A stretch of 64,000 nucleotides of DNA from Alphaproteobacteria bacterium (GTDB lineage: Bacteria > Pseudomonadota > Alphaproteobacteria > Rs-D84), in the NCBI GenBank assembly GCA_015062495.1, contig SUUN01000001.1:97069-161068 (forward strand), given 5' to 3'. The notes under the pieces were generated by a model, which saw only the letters and a program-made list of their open reading frames with translations, had not been told where the DNA came from and searched no databases. The position numbers and the translations under genes are program-made. Shown in pieces: positions 46,681-56,455 of the stretch (position 1 is its first letter; each line of letters starts with the position of its first letter).

Positions 46681-47913
46681 ATGCAAAAATCAGAACCTTT
46701 TGTTAGCGCTGAAACGGTTTTTAGTGTGACAGATGCATCTGCACTGTTAAAGGGTGTTGTGGAAACCGCGTTTCCGCGGATAAAAATTCGTGGCGAGTTA
46801 TCGCAAATTACGCGCGCAACATCTGGGCATATGTATATGACAATCAAGGATGCGGGTGCGGCAATTTCTGTGATTATATGGCGCGGCACACCAGTGTCAT
46901 TCAAACTGGAAGATGGGATGGAAGTTATTATAACCGGGCGGTTTACAACGTATCCGGCGCGCAGTAATTACCAGATTGTTGCCAGTGAAATTGAAATGGC
47001 GGGAGTGGGCGCAATTCTGAAAATGCTGGAAGAGCGCAAGCGTAAACTGGCGGCCGAAGGTCTGTTTGATGAGGCGCGTAAAAAGCCCCTGCCCCGATTG
47101 CCACAAAGAATTGGTGTTGTAACCAGTCCGACTGGCGCGGCGTTTCAAGATATTCAAAATCGTTTACGGGAACGATTTCCGGTGCATGTGTTGTTGTATC
47201 CGGCGACTGTTCAAGGCGCGACAGCAGCGGCCGAAGTGGCAGCGGGCATTGAATACTTTAATCGTGAAAATAATGTTGACGTTATTATCGTTGCGCGTGG
47301 TGGTGGCGCACTGGAAGATTTGTTGCCTTTTTCCGAAGAGGTTGTGGTGCGTGCAGCCGCGGCCAGCCATATTCCGCTGATTTCGGGTGTCGGGCATGAG
47401 CCAGACTGGATGTTAATCGACTTTGCGGCGGACTATCGTGCGCCAACGCCAACCGGCGCCGCCGAGGCCGTTGTGCCAACCAAGTTAGCGTTGTCGCAGG
47501 AACTGGATAATATGTGGGTGCGATTGTCGGGGAACTTTACAACGCGTTTGGTTAATGCAAAACAGCGTATTGAATCGATAAGTATAAAAAGTCCAAAGCA
47601 GTTGGTTATGGAACATGCCCAGCGTCTGGATGATTTGGGGCGGACAATGAATATTATTGTTAATGCAAAAATTGCCGCTGCACATCAAAAAATGGATGTG
47701 GTGTCGGCGTTTCCAAATATATTGCAAAGCCGAATGGCGGTGTTAGGACAATCTGTGGCGCATCTGGGACAGATGTTAAATTCGTTAAGTTATAAAAGTG
47801 TGTTGTCGCGTGGGTTTGCGATTGTGCGTGATGAAAATAATCAGATAATCAGTCGCGCAGATGGTGGTGTGCCCAAGACAATTGAGTTTGCAGATGGAAT
47901 TATCCAGATATGA
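46681..47913 (+). CDS. xseA: Exodeoxyribonuclease VII large subunit
   Basis: N-terminal OB fold (VSVSDASALLKGVVE...IRGELS), catalytic core, C-terminal coiled coil; 410 aa. Confidence 0.9.
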   Translation: MQKSEPFVSAETVFSVTDASALLKGVVETAFPRIKIRGELSQITRATSGHMYMTIKDAGAAISVIIWRGTPVSFKLEDGMEVIITGRFTTYPARSNYQIVASEIEMAGVGAILKMLEERKRKLAAEGLFDEARKKPLPRLPQRIGVVTSPTGAAFQDIQNRLRERFPVHVLLYPATVQGATAAAEVAAGIEYFNRENNVDVIIVARGGGALEDLLPFSEEVVVRAAAASHIPLISGVGHEPDWMLIDFAADYRAPTPTGAAEAVVPTKLALSQELDNMWVRLSGNFTTRLVNAKQRIESISIKSPKQLVMEHAQRLDDLGRTMNIIVNAKIAAAHQKMDVVSAFPNILQSRMAVLGQSVAHLGQMLNSLSYKSVLSRGFAIVRDENNQIISRADGGVPKTIEFADGIIQI

Positions 47914-49045
47914 TGTGATTATTATTGGTGCGGGTGCGGCGGGGCTGAGTGCCGCGGGTGTCTTGGCGCGTCGTAATAAACGTGTTGTGGTGTTTGATAT
48001 GGGCGCGCAGCCCGGGCGCAAGGTTTTAGCGTCAGGTGGTGGACGTTGTAATATTACAAATTTGGCGGTAAAGTATGACAGGTATTTTGGTGAAAATCCG
48101 GACTTTGTGCGTGGTGCAATCAGTCGCGTATCACCGTATGATATTATTAATTGGGCGGATTCGCATGATATAGCGTTGGTTGAAAAAAATGCGGGACAGT
48201 ATTTCTGTGCCGATGGTGCGGGTGTGGTTTTGGATGCGTTAATGTATGATGCACATGGTGTGGATTTTGTATATAACACGGCGGTTGACTGTGTGCGCAA
48301 AGATGGTGATGATTTTGTTGTTAATGGTTGTGTGGCGCGGTCTGTGATTGTGGCGACAGGCGGCACTTCGTTTGGTGCGTTGGGGGTGTCGGATGCGGGG
48401 CACAAGATTGCGCGTGCGTTTGGACACAGAATTGTGCCGGTGCGCCCCGCCCTGTGTGCGTTGGCATTTGACGGCGCGCCGACAGAATTGGCGGGTGTGT
48501 CATTGGATGCGATTATTACGATTGGAAAACGGTCTGTGCGGGATTCGTTGTTGTTTACGCATTTTGGCATTGGTGGGCCGGCGGCGTATCGTGCCAGTTT
48601 GTATGATTTGAGCGGTGGTATTTCCATTAACTTGGTGCCGGATGTTGATATGTTTGCGGAATTGCGCAATGCTAAAAAAACACAGGGGCGCAAGACTGTG
48701 GCGGGCGTTCTGGGGCAATGGATGCCAGCGCGTGTTGCAAAATGGATTGTTGGGGCGAACGTGCGTAATATTGCCGATGTCAGGGACGCAGAATTAGAAA
48801 CAATCGCGCGACAGATTTCATGCTTGCAAGTGGCGGGGAATAAGATAAAGTATCACGGCATGGCCAGTGCCGAGGTTGTGCGCGGTGGCGTTGATACCAG
48901 TCAAGTATCGTCCAAGACGATGGAATCTAAATTATGTCCAGGGTTATATTTTGTGGGCGAAGTGTTGGATGTTGCGGGCGATTTGGGTGGTTTTAATTTA
49001 CACTGGGCGTGGGCCAGCGGACGCGTAGCCGGCGAAAATGCATAA
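47894..49045 (+). CDS. HI0933/BaiN-family NAD(P)/FAD-dependent flavoprotein
   Basis: YDVIIIGAGAAGLSAA dinucleotide-binding motif, GGGRCNITN, C-terminal GEVLDV.G..GG.NL.WAW.SG. Confidence 0.8.
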   Translation: MELSRYDVIIIGAGAAGLSAAGVLARRNKRVVVFDMGAQPGRKVLASGGGRCNITNLAVKYDRYFGENPDFVRGAISRVSPYDIINWADSHDIALVEKNAGQYFCADGAGVVLDALMYDAHGVDFVYNTAVDCVRKDGDDFVVNGCVARSVIVATGGTSFGALGVSDAGHKIARAFGHRIVPVRPALCALAFDGAPTELAGVSLDAIITIGKRSVRDSLLFTHFGIGGPAAYRASLYDLSGGISINLVPDVDMFAELRNAKKTQGRKTVAGVLGQWMPARVAKWIVGANVRNIADVRDAELETIARQISCLQVAGNKIKYHGMASAEVVRGGVDTSQVSSKTMESKLCPGLYFVGEVLDVAGDLGGFNLHWAWASGRVAGENA

Positions 49046-49065
49046 GTATAAACAAAGGGTTAATT

Positions 49066-49458
49066 ATGGATGTTAAGAAAAAGGTTTTATCGGTCGCGGG
49101 ACATGTAATTCATGATTTTCATCCCGATGCCGATGTGCAACAAAGTTTTGAAAATCTGGGGTTGGATTCGTTGGATAGGTTTGGGCTGATTGCTGATGTG
49201 GAACACGAGTGTAACGTTTCTATGCCGACAAAACTGGTCGATAAAATAAATTCTGTTGGCGATATTGTTGTCGCGGTTGAAAATTTAAAACGGGTGAAAA
49301 AAGCACGTGATACGTGGGTTCCGTGTACGTTTAATTGTGCGCTGCAATGTGCGTATATGTCAAATGTGCCCGATACGGCTAAATATCGTGCGACGATTGG
49401 GCCGGAAGTTAATTTTTGTGAAAGGATTGCCTGTAATTTATATGGCAAACAACGATAA
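49066..49458 (+). CDS. Acyl-carrier-protein-like domain protein with Cys-rich C-terminal tail
   Basis: LGLDSLDRFGLIADVEHE (DSL phosphopantetheine-site-like) followed by a C..C...C......C....C tail; AAGGG RBS. Confidence 0.45.
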   Translation: MDVKKKVLSVAGHVIHDFHPDADVQQSFENLGLDSLDRFGLIADVEHECNVSMPTKLVDKINSVGDIVVAVENLKRVKKARDTWVPCTFNCALQCAYMSNVPDTAKYRATIGPEVNFCERIACNLYGKQR

Positions 49459-49462
49459 GAAA

Positions 49463-49488
49463 ATAACCGCCGTTTGGCGGTTTTTTAT
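49463..49488. terminator. Bidirectional terminator
   Basis: AACCGCCG-tttg-GCGGTTTTTTATTT. Confidence 0.7.
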
Positions 49489-50564
49489 TTCTGTTCCCCG
49501 ATATATATGCCCATATTGGCGGCAACCGCCAATAAAGGGTTGTCGGGGGATACGTATGCGTTTGATGTTATTAGTTCGGGTATCTTGGGGTCGGTTACAC
49601 ATTCGCCGGACGCAACAAATTCAGACAATGGGATTGTGTGAACGTTGTCGCATTCCAGTGTGGTCATGACATATGTTTCGCCGTTTTCAATCGCGTTTAA
49701 TGCACAATCTGCAAATCGTGTGGCCAGTATTCGATCGGTTGCGATTGTATCGCCAGAACGTTGGGTGTGTTCTGGAAATGCGGTGCGGTTTACAATGCCA
49801 GCAGCGGTCAGTTTGCGTGAAATCATATCGGCAGGACGGCCGGAATGACCGCGTAATGTAATTCCTTCGGAAACGATAATTATGCCGTAATCTGAATTAG
49901 ATGATTTGATATGTTTAACTAGATTATCAATGTTGAATTTGATTTCTGGTATTAATATCGCCGATACGCCAGTGGCAATTCCTGCGTGTAATGCCAACAT
50001 GCCACAGTCGCGTCCCATTGCCTGGACAACGAACCAGCGATGGTGGCTGCGTGCGGTTAACATTAATTGATCGCAGAATGTTGTTAACTGTTGTACAGCG
50101 GTATCGAATCCGATTGTACGATCGGTACATGGTATGTCCATATCGATTGTTTTTGGAATGCATATTAGTTGCAAGTCGCGATAGATTTCGCGGTTTGCCC
50201 AGGCCAACGATAAACTGCCATTGCCCCCAATTAAAATTAATGCGTCCAGTTGCAGCGCGCGCAATGATTTGCGTAATTGTTTATTAAATGTGTCAACGCG
50301 CCCTGTTTCGGCGGCGGTTTCAAAGTTCAATGCGGTTGCGCGTCCGTTGTGCAGAAAACTGCCCGACAGGCGTGCGTTTTCAATTGGTAACAGCATATCG
50401 TTTAATTTTATGACCGCCGGTGGGTTTACGCACAGGCCATCTGTGCCATCCAGAATACCGTATACGTCCCAGCCACGCAGGTGTGCGCCCGTCATAATCC
50501 GCCATATTGCAGTGTTCAGGCCGCTGCAATCGCCACCTGTTGTCATAATTCCAATTTTCTTCAT
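49485..50564 (-). CDS. pfk: 6-phosphofructokinase (ATP- or PPi-dependent)
   Basis: GIMTTGGDCSGLN, ..GG.GS, MGR catalytic motifs; 359 aa. Confidence 0.85.
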   Translation of the reverse strand: MKKIGIMTTGGDCSGLNTAIWRIMTGAHLRGWDVYGILDGTDGLCVNPPAVIKLNDMLLPIENARLSGSFLHNGRATALNFETAAETGRVDTFNKQLRKSLRALQLDALILIGGNGSLSLAWANREIYRDLQLICIPKTIDMDIPCTDRTIGFDTAVQQLTTFCDQLMLTARSHHRWFVVQAMGRDCGMLALHAGIATGVSAILIPEIKFNIDNLVKHIKSSNSDYGIIIVSEGITLRGHSGRPADMISRKLTAAGIVNRTAFPEHTQRSGDTIATDRILATRFADCALNAIENGETYVMTTLECDNVHTIPLSEFVASGECVTDPKIPELITSNAYVSPDNPLLAVAANMGIYIGEQK

Positions 50565-50676
50565 ATAAATCCCCTGTTTTTTGTAAAATTATACCACAAA
50601 TAAATTGACAAAGAAATATTATTTGGAATAATTTGTCTAAATTAAAATATAACCTAGTTCCGCAGGAGTTTGTGCG

Positions 50677-51831
50677 ATGTCAAAACAGAATAAAAACAAT
50701 AATATGGGAAAAACAAAACGTTCCACAGATGATTTGATTAATGATGCAATTGCCCAACAAAATGATTGGCAGGAAAATCGTCGTGAATATACGCGTGGAT
50801 TTTTGAAGTCGCTGAATATGTTTGCGCGTCCGTCGGTCAAAAAACAGGAAAATCAATCTGTGGCCGCCGCTGATGCAGGGATGGCGCGCAGTCGCCACAG
50901 CGCATTACGTGCGTATTGGTTTCCGATTGCCTGTGCCATGGTGGTGATATTTATTGCGGTGTGGGTTATGTTTATTCGTGGTGCAACGCAACCGCGTGTT
51001 ATTGTTGTGCCCGCTGTGCCAGAGCCAGTTGTGCAACGTGTTGATAATATAACAGTGCCGACGTTTGATATTGTTCGAATTGAAAAAGATGGTGATGTCG
51101 TTATTGCGGGACGCTGGTTGCCACATCAGAATATTTCAATCATGGTAAATAACAAGATTGTTGCAACAGAACGTACAGATTATGCGGGCGAGTTTGTGTA
51201 TACGACCTCAACTGCGTGGAAGCCGGGTAATTATACCATTGCTTTGTTGGGCGCAGAACCAGAAGTAAAATCGTCAGACAAGGTGTTCGTTTATATTTCA
51301 GATGCAGGTGTGGAAAATTCTGTGTCTTTGTTGATGACCAAAGAAGGCAGTACTTTATTACAGGCGCCGGCAATGTTGCGCGATGGTGACTTGGCAGTAT
51401 CCAAGATTGATTATTTAGATACGGGTCGCATTGTTGTGTCGGGTGATGGGTTGCCACGTTTGCGCGTGTCGTTGGCGTTAAATGGTGATTATATGGGCTT
51501 TGCCCGTGTGTCAGATCACAGACATTTTGGTCTGGGGGCGGATGTCGGCGAACTGGAAAGCGGCAAGGAATATGAGTTGGCCGTGCGTATGCATGATGGT
51601 GATGGGCGTACAATCGGGACAGTGCTACATAAATTTGTTATGCCAGAAATGACAGGCGATGATGATACATACTATACTGTCCGTCGCGGGGATTGCTTGT
51701 GGATTATTGCACGTAATTTCTTGCGCCGTGGGGTGTTGTTCAGTGTTATTGCAGAACGCAATGCAATACAAAATCCTGATTTGATTTATCCAAAACAGTT
51801 GTTGCAAATTCCAACATCGGGCAAGCATTAA
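50677..51831 (+). CDS. LysM-domain membrane protein
   Basis: TM at ~aa 85-105; C-terminal YTVRRGDCLWIIARNF....SVIAERNAIQNPDLIYPKQLLQIP is a LysM motif. Confidence 0.6.
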   Translation: MSKQNKNNNMGKTKRSTDDLINDAIAQQNDWQENRREYTRGFLKSLNMFARPSVKKQENQSVAAADAGMARSRHSALRAYWFPIACAMVVIFIAVWVMFIRGATQPRVIVVPAVPEPVVQRVDNITVPTFDIVRIEKDGDVVIAGRWLPHQNISIMVNNKIVATERTDYAGEFVYTTSTAWKPGNYTIALLGAEPEVKSSDKVFVYISDAGVENSVSLLMTKEGSTLLQAPAMLRDGDLAVSKIDYLDTGRIVVSGDGLPRLRVSLALNGDYMGFARVSDHRHFGLGADVGELESGKEYELAVRMHDGDGRTIGTVLHKFVMPEMTGDDDTYYTVRRGDCLWIIARNFLRRGVLFSVIAERNAIQNPDLIYPKQLLQIPTSGKH

Positions 51832-52670
51832 TGAACGGCAATCATAATAAAATTAGTTTCGCAATAAAAAACACCAATTGGTGTAATTTGAAATGTGCAC
51901 ATTGCAGCGAGTGCAGCGGGCCACACGTTGCGCCAAATATCATGCCATTGGACAAGGTTGAACAATATATTGGCGAGTTCTGCGCGATGCCGTTGCCAAA
52001 GTGGGAATACATGGTGTTTACAGGTGGCGAAACAATGGCGCCCTATTTTATGAAACAGTATGAATATATACCGCAGTGTCTGGAAATCGCGGGACGCGCA
52101 GGTTTGGCACCGTTTATTAAAACAAATGGTGTGTGGGGAACGGACGATGCGTTGCGTCGTCGTATATTAAACGACTGTGCGAATGCGGCGATAAAAAATA
52201 ATACAATGACATCAATGGATGTGTCTATTGATGAATTTCATAACACTGTTCCAGCGGTGGCGCGTATTATCCAGGAAATTGTTAGCAGTGAACATTTGGC
52301 GCGTTGTGTGCGGGTGTCGATTTCAGGATTAGATACATTGAAATCACATGCGCAGTTTAATTATCTGATTGCATATCTAAAAGCGCACAATATTCATGTG
52401 TTCCCGTCGGGCAATACGTTTATTGCGGCACGTGAAACGATTGGGACCAAGATTTTGTTCGATTTTGGGACGCCTGTGTCACAGATGGGGCGCGCAAAAC
52501 AAAATAATATTGGTGAAGTGCGGCCGGATGGTTCGTCAGATGCGGTTTGGGGAAACTGTTTGCAGATAGATAATGAAGATGTCGCGACGCTGAACTATTT
52601 TCATAAAACGCCGGTGAATGGACGAACCGTCTATGATGTGACCCAGGAATTATTACTAAGGACCAGATAA
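51831..52670 (+). CDS. Radical SAM domain protein (function unknown)
   Basis: CNLKCAHC (Cx3Cx2C) and FTGGE SAM-binding motif; 279 aa; start overlaps the upstream stop. Confidence 0.55.
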   Translation: MNGNHNKISFAIKNTNWCNLKCAHCSECSGPHVAPNIMPLDKVEQYIGEFCAMPLPKWEYMVFTGGETMAPYFMKQYEYIPQCLEIAGRAGLAPFIKTNGVWGTDDALRRRILNDCANAAIKNNTMTSMDVSIDEFHNTVPAVARIIQEIVSSEHLARCVRVSISGLDTLKSHAQFNYLIAYLKAHNIHVFPSGNTFIAARETIGTKILFDFGTPVSQMGRAKQNNIGEVRPDGSSDAVWGNCLQIDNEDVATLNYFHKTPVNGRTVYDVTQELLLRTR

Positions 52671-52671
52671 A

Positions 52672-53484
52672 ATGTCAAAAAGAATACCGGATGAAGAACT
52701 GACGCCGGCGCAGTTAGCGAAACGCGAACGTCGCAGACTGTATCGCGAAAAAAATCGCGAAAAAATCGCCGCGCAAAAACGTGAATATTATTTGCGTAAT
52801 ATTGATAAGTTTAAGCAGCGCGCACGGAAACAAATGGCAACTATGACGCCAGAAGAACGCGGCGTCAAGGACGCAAAGTATCGCGCAAAAAAACGCGAGC
52901 AAATTCGGGCGCGCAAACGTCAGTACTATGTGGCTCATGCCGATGCGTACAAGGAACGCGCAAAACGTTATTATCATAGCCTGACGGCGGAACAGAGAAT
53001 GGATTTGGCACGTGCCAGAAAGCCCAGCCGTATAGCGTGGCGCGAAAGGAATCGTGAACATTTGGCGGATAAACGGCAACAGTATTATGCGGAAAATAAA
53101 GAACGTCTGAAAACGGTTGTTCAGCGGTATTATAAAGAACATGTGGAAGTTTTATCTGAAAAACGGGCGGTGGCGTATACGGAAAAAGTAAACGCGCGAC
53201 AGATGTGCCCGGCGTTCAGATTTGTTGAATATCTGCGATTGAAAGAAAATGCGCGGTTTGTTGTTGTGTATAAGCCGCATATGAATTTGGCGCATTTGGC
53301 GGCAAAAACATGCACGGCAATTCAACAGGCGGATTATAAATTGTGTCCGATTTGCAGAAATGCTAGAATTGCAAAGGATAAAATGGTGGCGGCCTGCCCT
53401 ATGCCCCGGGTGTTTGAATTTGATGATGCAGTACAGCAAATTCGTAGATTCGCAAAACAGATTGTCGCAGAAAATAAAAGATAA
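52672..53484 (+). CDS. Basic tandem-repeat protein (R/K-E-x-YY-x-x-N-K/R-E repeats) with C-terminal Cys cluster
   Basis: Six to seven ~27-30-aa repeats of ...RE.YY..N.E...; C-terminal C.....CP.C......C; 2-nt gap from the upstream gene. Confidence 0.5.
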   Translation: MSKRIPDEELTPAQLAKRERRRLYREKNREKIAAQKREYYLRNIDKFKQRARKQMATMTPEERGVKDAKYRAKKREQIRARKRQYYVAHADAYKERAKRYYHSLTAEQRMDLARARKPSRIAWRERNREHLADKRQQYYAENKERLKTVVQRYYKEHVEVLSEKRAVAYTEKVNARQMCPAFRFVEYLRLKENARFVVVYKPHMNLAHLAAKTCTAIQQADYKLCPICRNARIAKDKMVAACPMPRVFEFDDAVQQIRRFAKQIVAENKR

Positions 53485-53538
53485 AAATCGTTCTGGACAT
53501 GGGGGGATTTTTAGTATATTATTTGCCCTGTTCCGACT

Positions 53539-53612
53539 GCGGGCGTGGTATAATGGTAGCACGTCAGCTTCCCAAGCTGAAGACGAGGGTTCGATTCCCT
53601 TCGCCCGCACCA
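53539..53612 (+). tRNA. tRNA-Gly, anticodon CCC
   Basis: Acceptor GCGGGCG/CGCCCGC, anticodon arm TCAGC-TTCCCAA-GCTGA (anticodon CCC), T-loop GTTCGATTC, 3' ACCA. Confidence 0.85.
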
Positions 53613-53956
53613 CGCTTGTCTTTTGGTTTGTTTGAATCGGGTATTCTCTCTTCTTCGTCTAAAACTCGTTGCTAATAACGCAACTCGTTAAGACTGCGAT
53701 ACGTTTGGATTCCCTTCGCCCGCACCAAGTTTAAAGTTGGTTGTGTTTGAGTCGGGTATCCTTGTGACGCACACATCAATTCGTTGCTAATAACGCAACT
53801 CATTGTGTGTTTATACACGCGGATTCCCTTCGCCCGCACCAAGATTGTCTTTTGGTTTGTATGAATCGGGTATCCTCTCTTCTTCGTCTAAAACTCGTTG
53901 CTAATAACGCAACTCGTTAAGACTGCGATACGTTTGGATTCCCTTCGCCCGCACCA
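53592..53956. repeat. Tandem array: 21-nt tRNA-Gly 3' end (GGATTCCCTTCGCCCGCACCA) repeated at 53707, 53821 and 53936 with ~94-nt spacers (period 114-115 bp)
   Basis: Spacers 1 and 3 nearly identical, spacer 2 diverged; each contains TCGTTGCTAATAACGCAACTCGTT-like palindromic segment. Confidence 0.8.
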
Positions 53957-54028
53957 TCCGCTTTCTCTGACGCTACAGCGAGATTGGGGGGTATCCGCTT
54001 TCGCTGACGCTACAGCGAGATTGGGGTT
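53957..54028. repeat. 35-bp direct tandem duplication (TATCCGCTTTC.CTGACGCTACAGCGAGATTGGGG x2)
   Basis: Two adjacent near-identical copies. Confidence 0.7.
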
Positions 54029-54048
54029 GTAATTATTTGAATAAATAT

Positions 54049-54077
54049 TTGACTTTTGATTAGTTTTGGTTCATAAT
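54049..54077 (+). promoter_or_regulatory. Putative sigma70 promoter of the rpsP operon (TTGACT-N17-CATAAT)
   Basis: Consensus-like hexamers with 17-nt spacer ~140 nt upstream of rpsP. Confidence 0.45.
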
Positions 54078-54216
54078 AGGTGCGCAAATCCCAAAGATTG
54101 CCATTATTGTATCGCCAGTTCGCAGTATGCGTGTGGTACATCATCCGACGAGTGTTCGTCCTTGATGGCGGTTTTCTTTGTGGAAAAAACAGTTAATAAA
54201 TATAAGGAGCAAAATT

Positions 54217-54654
54217 ATGGCAACTGTTATTCGTTTGGCACGTTTCGGTGCGAAAAAACGCCCATATTATCACATTGTTGTGACAGATTCACGCAATGCA
54301 CGTAATTCGGGTAATGTATTGGAAGTCGTTGGTAAATATGACCCAATGCAGGCAAAAGATAGCGATAAACGCGTTATCTTGAAATTGGATGAAGTTAAGG
54401 CATGGTTGGCCAAAGGGGCACAGCCATCTGATCGTGTTTACAAGTTCTTGGCCAAAGCCGGCTTGGTAAAACCAAAGGCGATTCCAGTTCAGACCAAAAA
54501 ACATTTGCAGTCTGAAAAAACACAGATGAAAATCAAGGACAAAGCCGACAAGTTGGCAAAAATTGCCGCCGAAAAAGCAGCGGCAGAAGCCGCAGCCAAG
54601 GCTGCAGCAGAAGCGCCAGCCGAAGAAGCACCAGCAACAGAAACAGCTGAATAA
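54217..54654 (+). CDS. rpsP: 30S ribosomal protein S16 (with Lys/Ala-rich C-terminal extension)
   Basis: MATVIRLARFGAKKRPYYHIVV.DSR..R.G...E..G.YDP; AAGGAG RBS. Confidence 0.9.
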   Translation: MATVIRLARFGAKKRPYYHIVVTDSRNARNSGNVLEVVGKYDPMQAKDSDKRVILKLDEVKAWLAKGAQPSDRVYKFLAKAGLVKPKAIPVQTKKHLQSEKTQMKIKDKADKLAKIAAEKAAAEAAAKAAAEAPAEEAPATETAE

Positions 54655-54712
54655 ATTTTGCTTTGATTGCCCGGGGCGACCCGGGCAAGGTTTTGTTATA
54701 AGGGTATGATAA

Positions 54713-54913
54713 ATGGTAGAATGTTATTGCCCACATGCACCGGGGCTGGAATGTTCGCAGGTTGAACGAACAGATGAGTTTTATCGCCAGATGTCTGAGT
54801 CGTTATTGGCGAATAAACCGGTGATTTTCCTGACGGGTGGTCAATGCCCTGCGTATAGTGTTGACTGTATCAAGTTGGTCGAATACAAAGAACAAATGAA
54901 AAAGCAAAGATAA
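54713..54913 (+). CDS. Small Cys-containing hypothetical ORF between rpsP and rimM
   Basis: 66-aa ORF ending 1 nt before rimM; no RBS evidence evaluated. Confidence 0.2.
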   Translation: MVECYCPHAPGLECSQVERTDEFYRQMSESLLANKPVIFLTGGQCPAYSVDCIKLVEYKEQMKKQR

Positions 54914-54914
54914 T

Positions 54915-55379
54915 ATGACAGACGTTAAACAAATCTTGGTCGGAAAAATTGTCGCGCCACAGGGTATTCGTGGCGAGGTACGCGTACAGTCTTTTGCGGA
55001 AAAAACAACGGACTTTCAGAAGTTTAATGTGTGTAGCAATCGATTTGCAGACGGTGATTTTAAATTTGTGCGCGCAGTGCCAAATTCAAATGTTGTTATT
55101 GCCAAGATCCGTGGCGTTGATGACCGAAATGCCGCCGAAGCGTTGCGGGGAACAGAATTGTTTATAAATCGGGACGCCCTGCCCGATTTGAATACGAACG
55201 AATACTATCAGGCGGATTTAATTGGGTTTGCAGTTGTACGCGATGGTGTCCAGATTGGTGCTGTGGATTGTTTTCAAAACTATGGCGCGGGCGATATTAT
55301 TGAACTGGACAATGGTGATATGGTGTCGTTTGTTGGGGCGTCTGTCGACTTGAATGGCAAAGTAATAGTGGTTAGATAA
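54915..55379 (+). CDS. rimM: Ribosome maturation factor RimM
   Basis: GKIVAPQGIRGEVRV, PRC-barrel C-terminal domain; conserved operon position. Confidence 0.9.
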   Translation: MTDVKQILVGKIVAPQGIRGEVRVQSFAEKTTDFQKFNVCSNRFADGDFKFVRAVPNSNVVIAKIRGVDDRNAAEALRGTELFINRDALPDLNTNEYYQADLIGFAVVRDGVQIGAVDCFQNYGAGDIIELDNGDMVSFVGASVDLNGKVIVVR

Positions 55380-55380
55380 A

Positions 55381-56067
55381 ATGCATTTTAATATACTGAC
55401 CATTTTTCCAGAAATGTTTCCAGGGACGCTGGCGGGCGGCGTTGTTGGACGTGCGTTGGACAAGAAAATCTGGACATATGATGTGGTTAATATTCGGGAC
55501 TTTGCTATAAATAACTATGGCAGTGTTGATGATACCCAATTCGGTGGCGGTGCGGGTATGGTTATGCGACCAGATGCACTGGGTGATGCGTTGGATTCAA
55601 TTAAAAATCCAGGAAAAATTATATACTTTTCGCCACGCGGGGCAACGCTGAACCAAAAAATGGTGCGCGAATTTGTTGCCCAGCCCGATGCGACATATAC
55701 CCTGCTGTGTGGTCGGTACGAAGGAATTGATGAACGAATCATCGAAGAATATGATATAATGGAACTTTCCATCGGGGATTATATACTGTCGGGCGGTGAA
55801 GTTGCAGCCCAAGTTTTTATTGACAGTTGCGTTCGCGTGATGGATAATGTGGTTCACGGTGGTGCGGATACCACCGAAAACGAAAGTTTCGAAATCGGCG
55901 GGTTGGAATGGCCGTTATATACCCGTCCGTCAGTATGGCGTGGACGAAGCGTCCCAGAAGTCCTGCTGTCCGGTCACCACGGCAATATCGAACGGTGGCG
56001 GAAACAACAATCGGTTGACATAACCAAAGAACGTCGACCGGACTTAATAAAGGAAAATGAAAAATGA
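55381..56067 (+). CDS. trmD: tRNA (guanine37-N1)-methyltransferase
   Basis: [38 protein letters not shown] motifs. Confidence 0.95.
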   Translation: MHFNILTIFPEMFPGTLAGGVVGRALDKKIWTYDVVNIRDFAINNYGSVDDTQFGGGAGMVMRPDALGDALDSIKNPGKIIYFSPRGATLNQKMVREFVAQPDATYTLLCGRYEGIDERIIEEYDIMELSIGDYILSGGEVAAQVFIDSCVRVMDNVVHGGADTTENESFEIGGLEWPLYTRPSVWRGRSVPEVLLSGHHGNIERWRKQQSVDITKERRPDLIKENEK

Positions 56068-56453
56068 GCATTATTAAAAAAATCGAAGCAGCCCAGATTG
56101 AAAAATTAAAGGGCGACAAAAAAATCCCAAACTTCAAGGCCGGGGATACATTAAAGGTTCACGTCAAAATTAAAGATGGTGATAAATTCCGTATCCAGGT
56201 TTTCGAAGGTGTTGTTATCGCACGCGATGGCGGCATGGGGAATAATGCATCCTTTACAGTACGTCGTGAATCATACGGTGTTGGTGTGGAACGTAAATTC
56301 CCACTGTACAGCCCTGCAATCGAAAAGATTGAAAAGGTTCGTATTGGTAAAGTACGTCGTGCAAAGTTATTCTTCCTGCGTGGGTTGTCAGGTAAAAAGG
56401 CGCGTATCGTCGAAGACTTGGCAGCAACAAGTGCAGAAAAGAGTGCAAAATAA
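56064..56453 (+). CDS. rplS: 50S ribosomal protein L19
   Basis: [31 protein letters not shown] family signature; ATGA overlap with trmD. Confidence 0.95.
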   Translation: MSIIKKIEAAQIEKLKGDKKIPNFKAGDTLKVHVKIKDGDKFRIQVFEGVVIARDGGMGNNASFTVRRESYGVGVERKFPLYSPAIEKIEKVRIGKVRRAKLFFLRGLSGKKARIVEDLAATSAEKSAK

Positions 56454-56455
56454 TA

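Noticed and set aside
53592-53956. Repeat-spacer array after tRNA-Gly considered as a CRISPR array
   Set aside because: Only 4 repeats of 21 nt. Spacers are ~94 nt (too long), two of the three are near-identical, and the repeat is the tRNA 3' end itself; no cas genes. Better explained as att-site tandem duplications.
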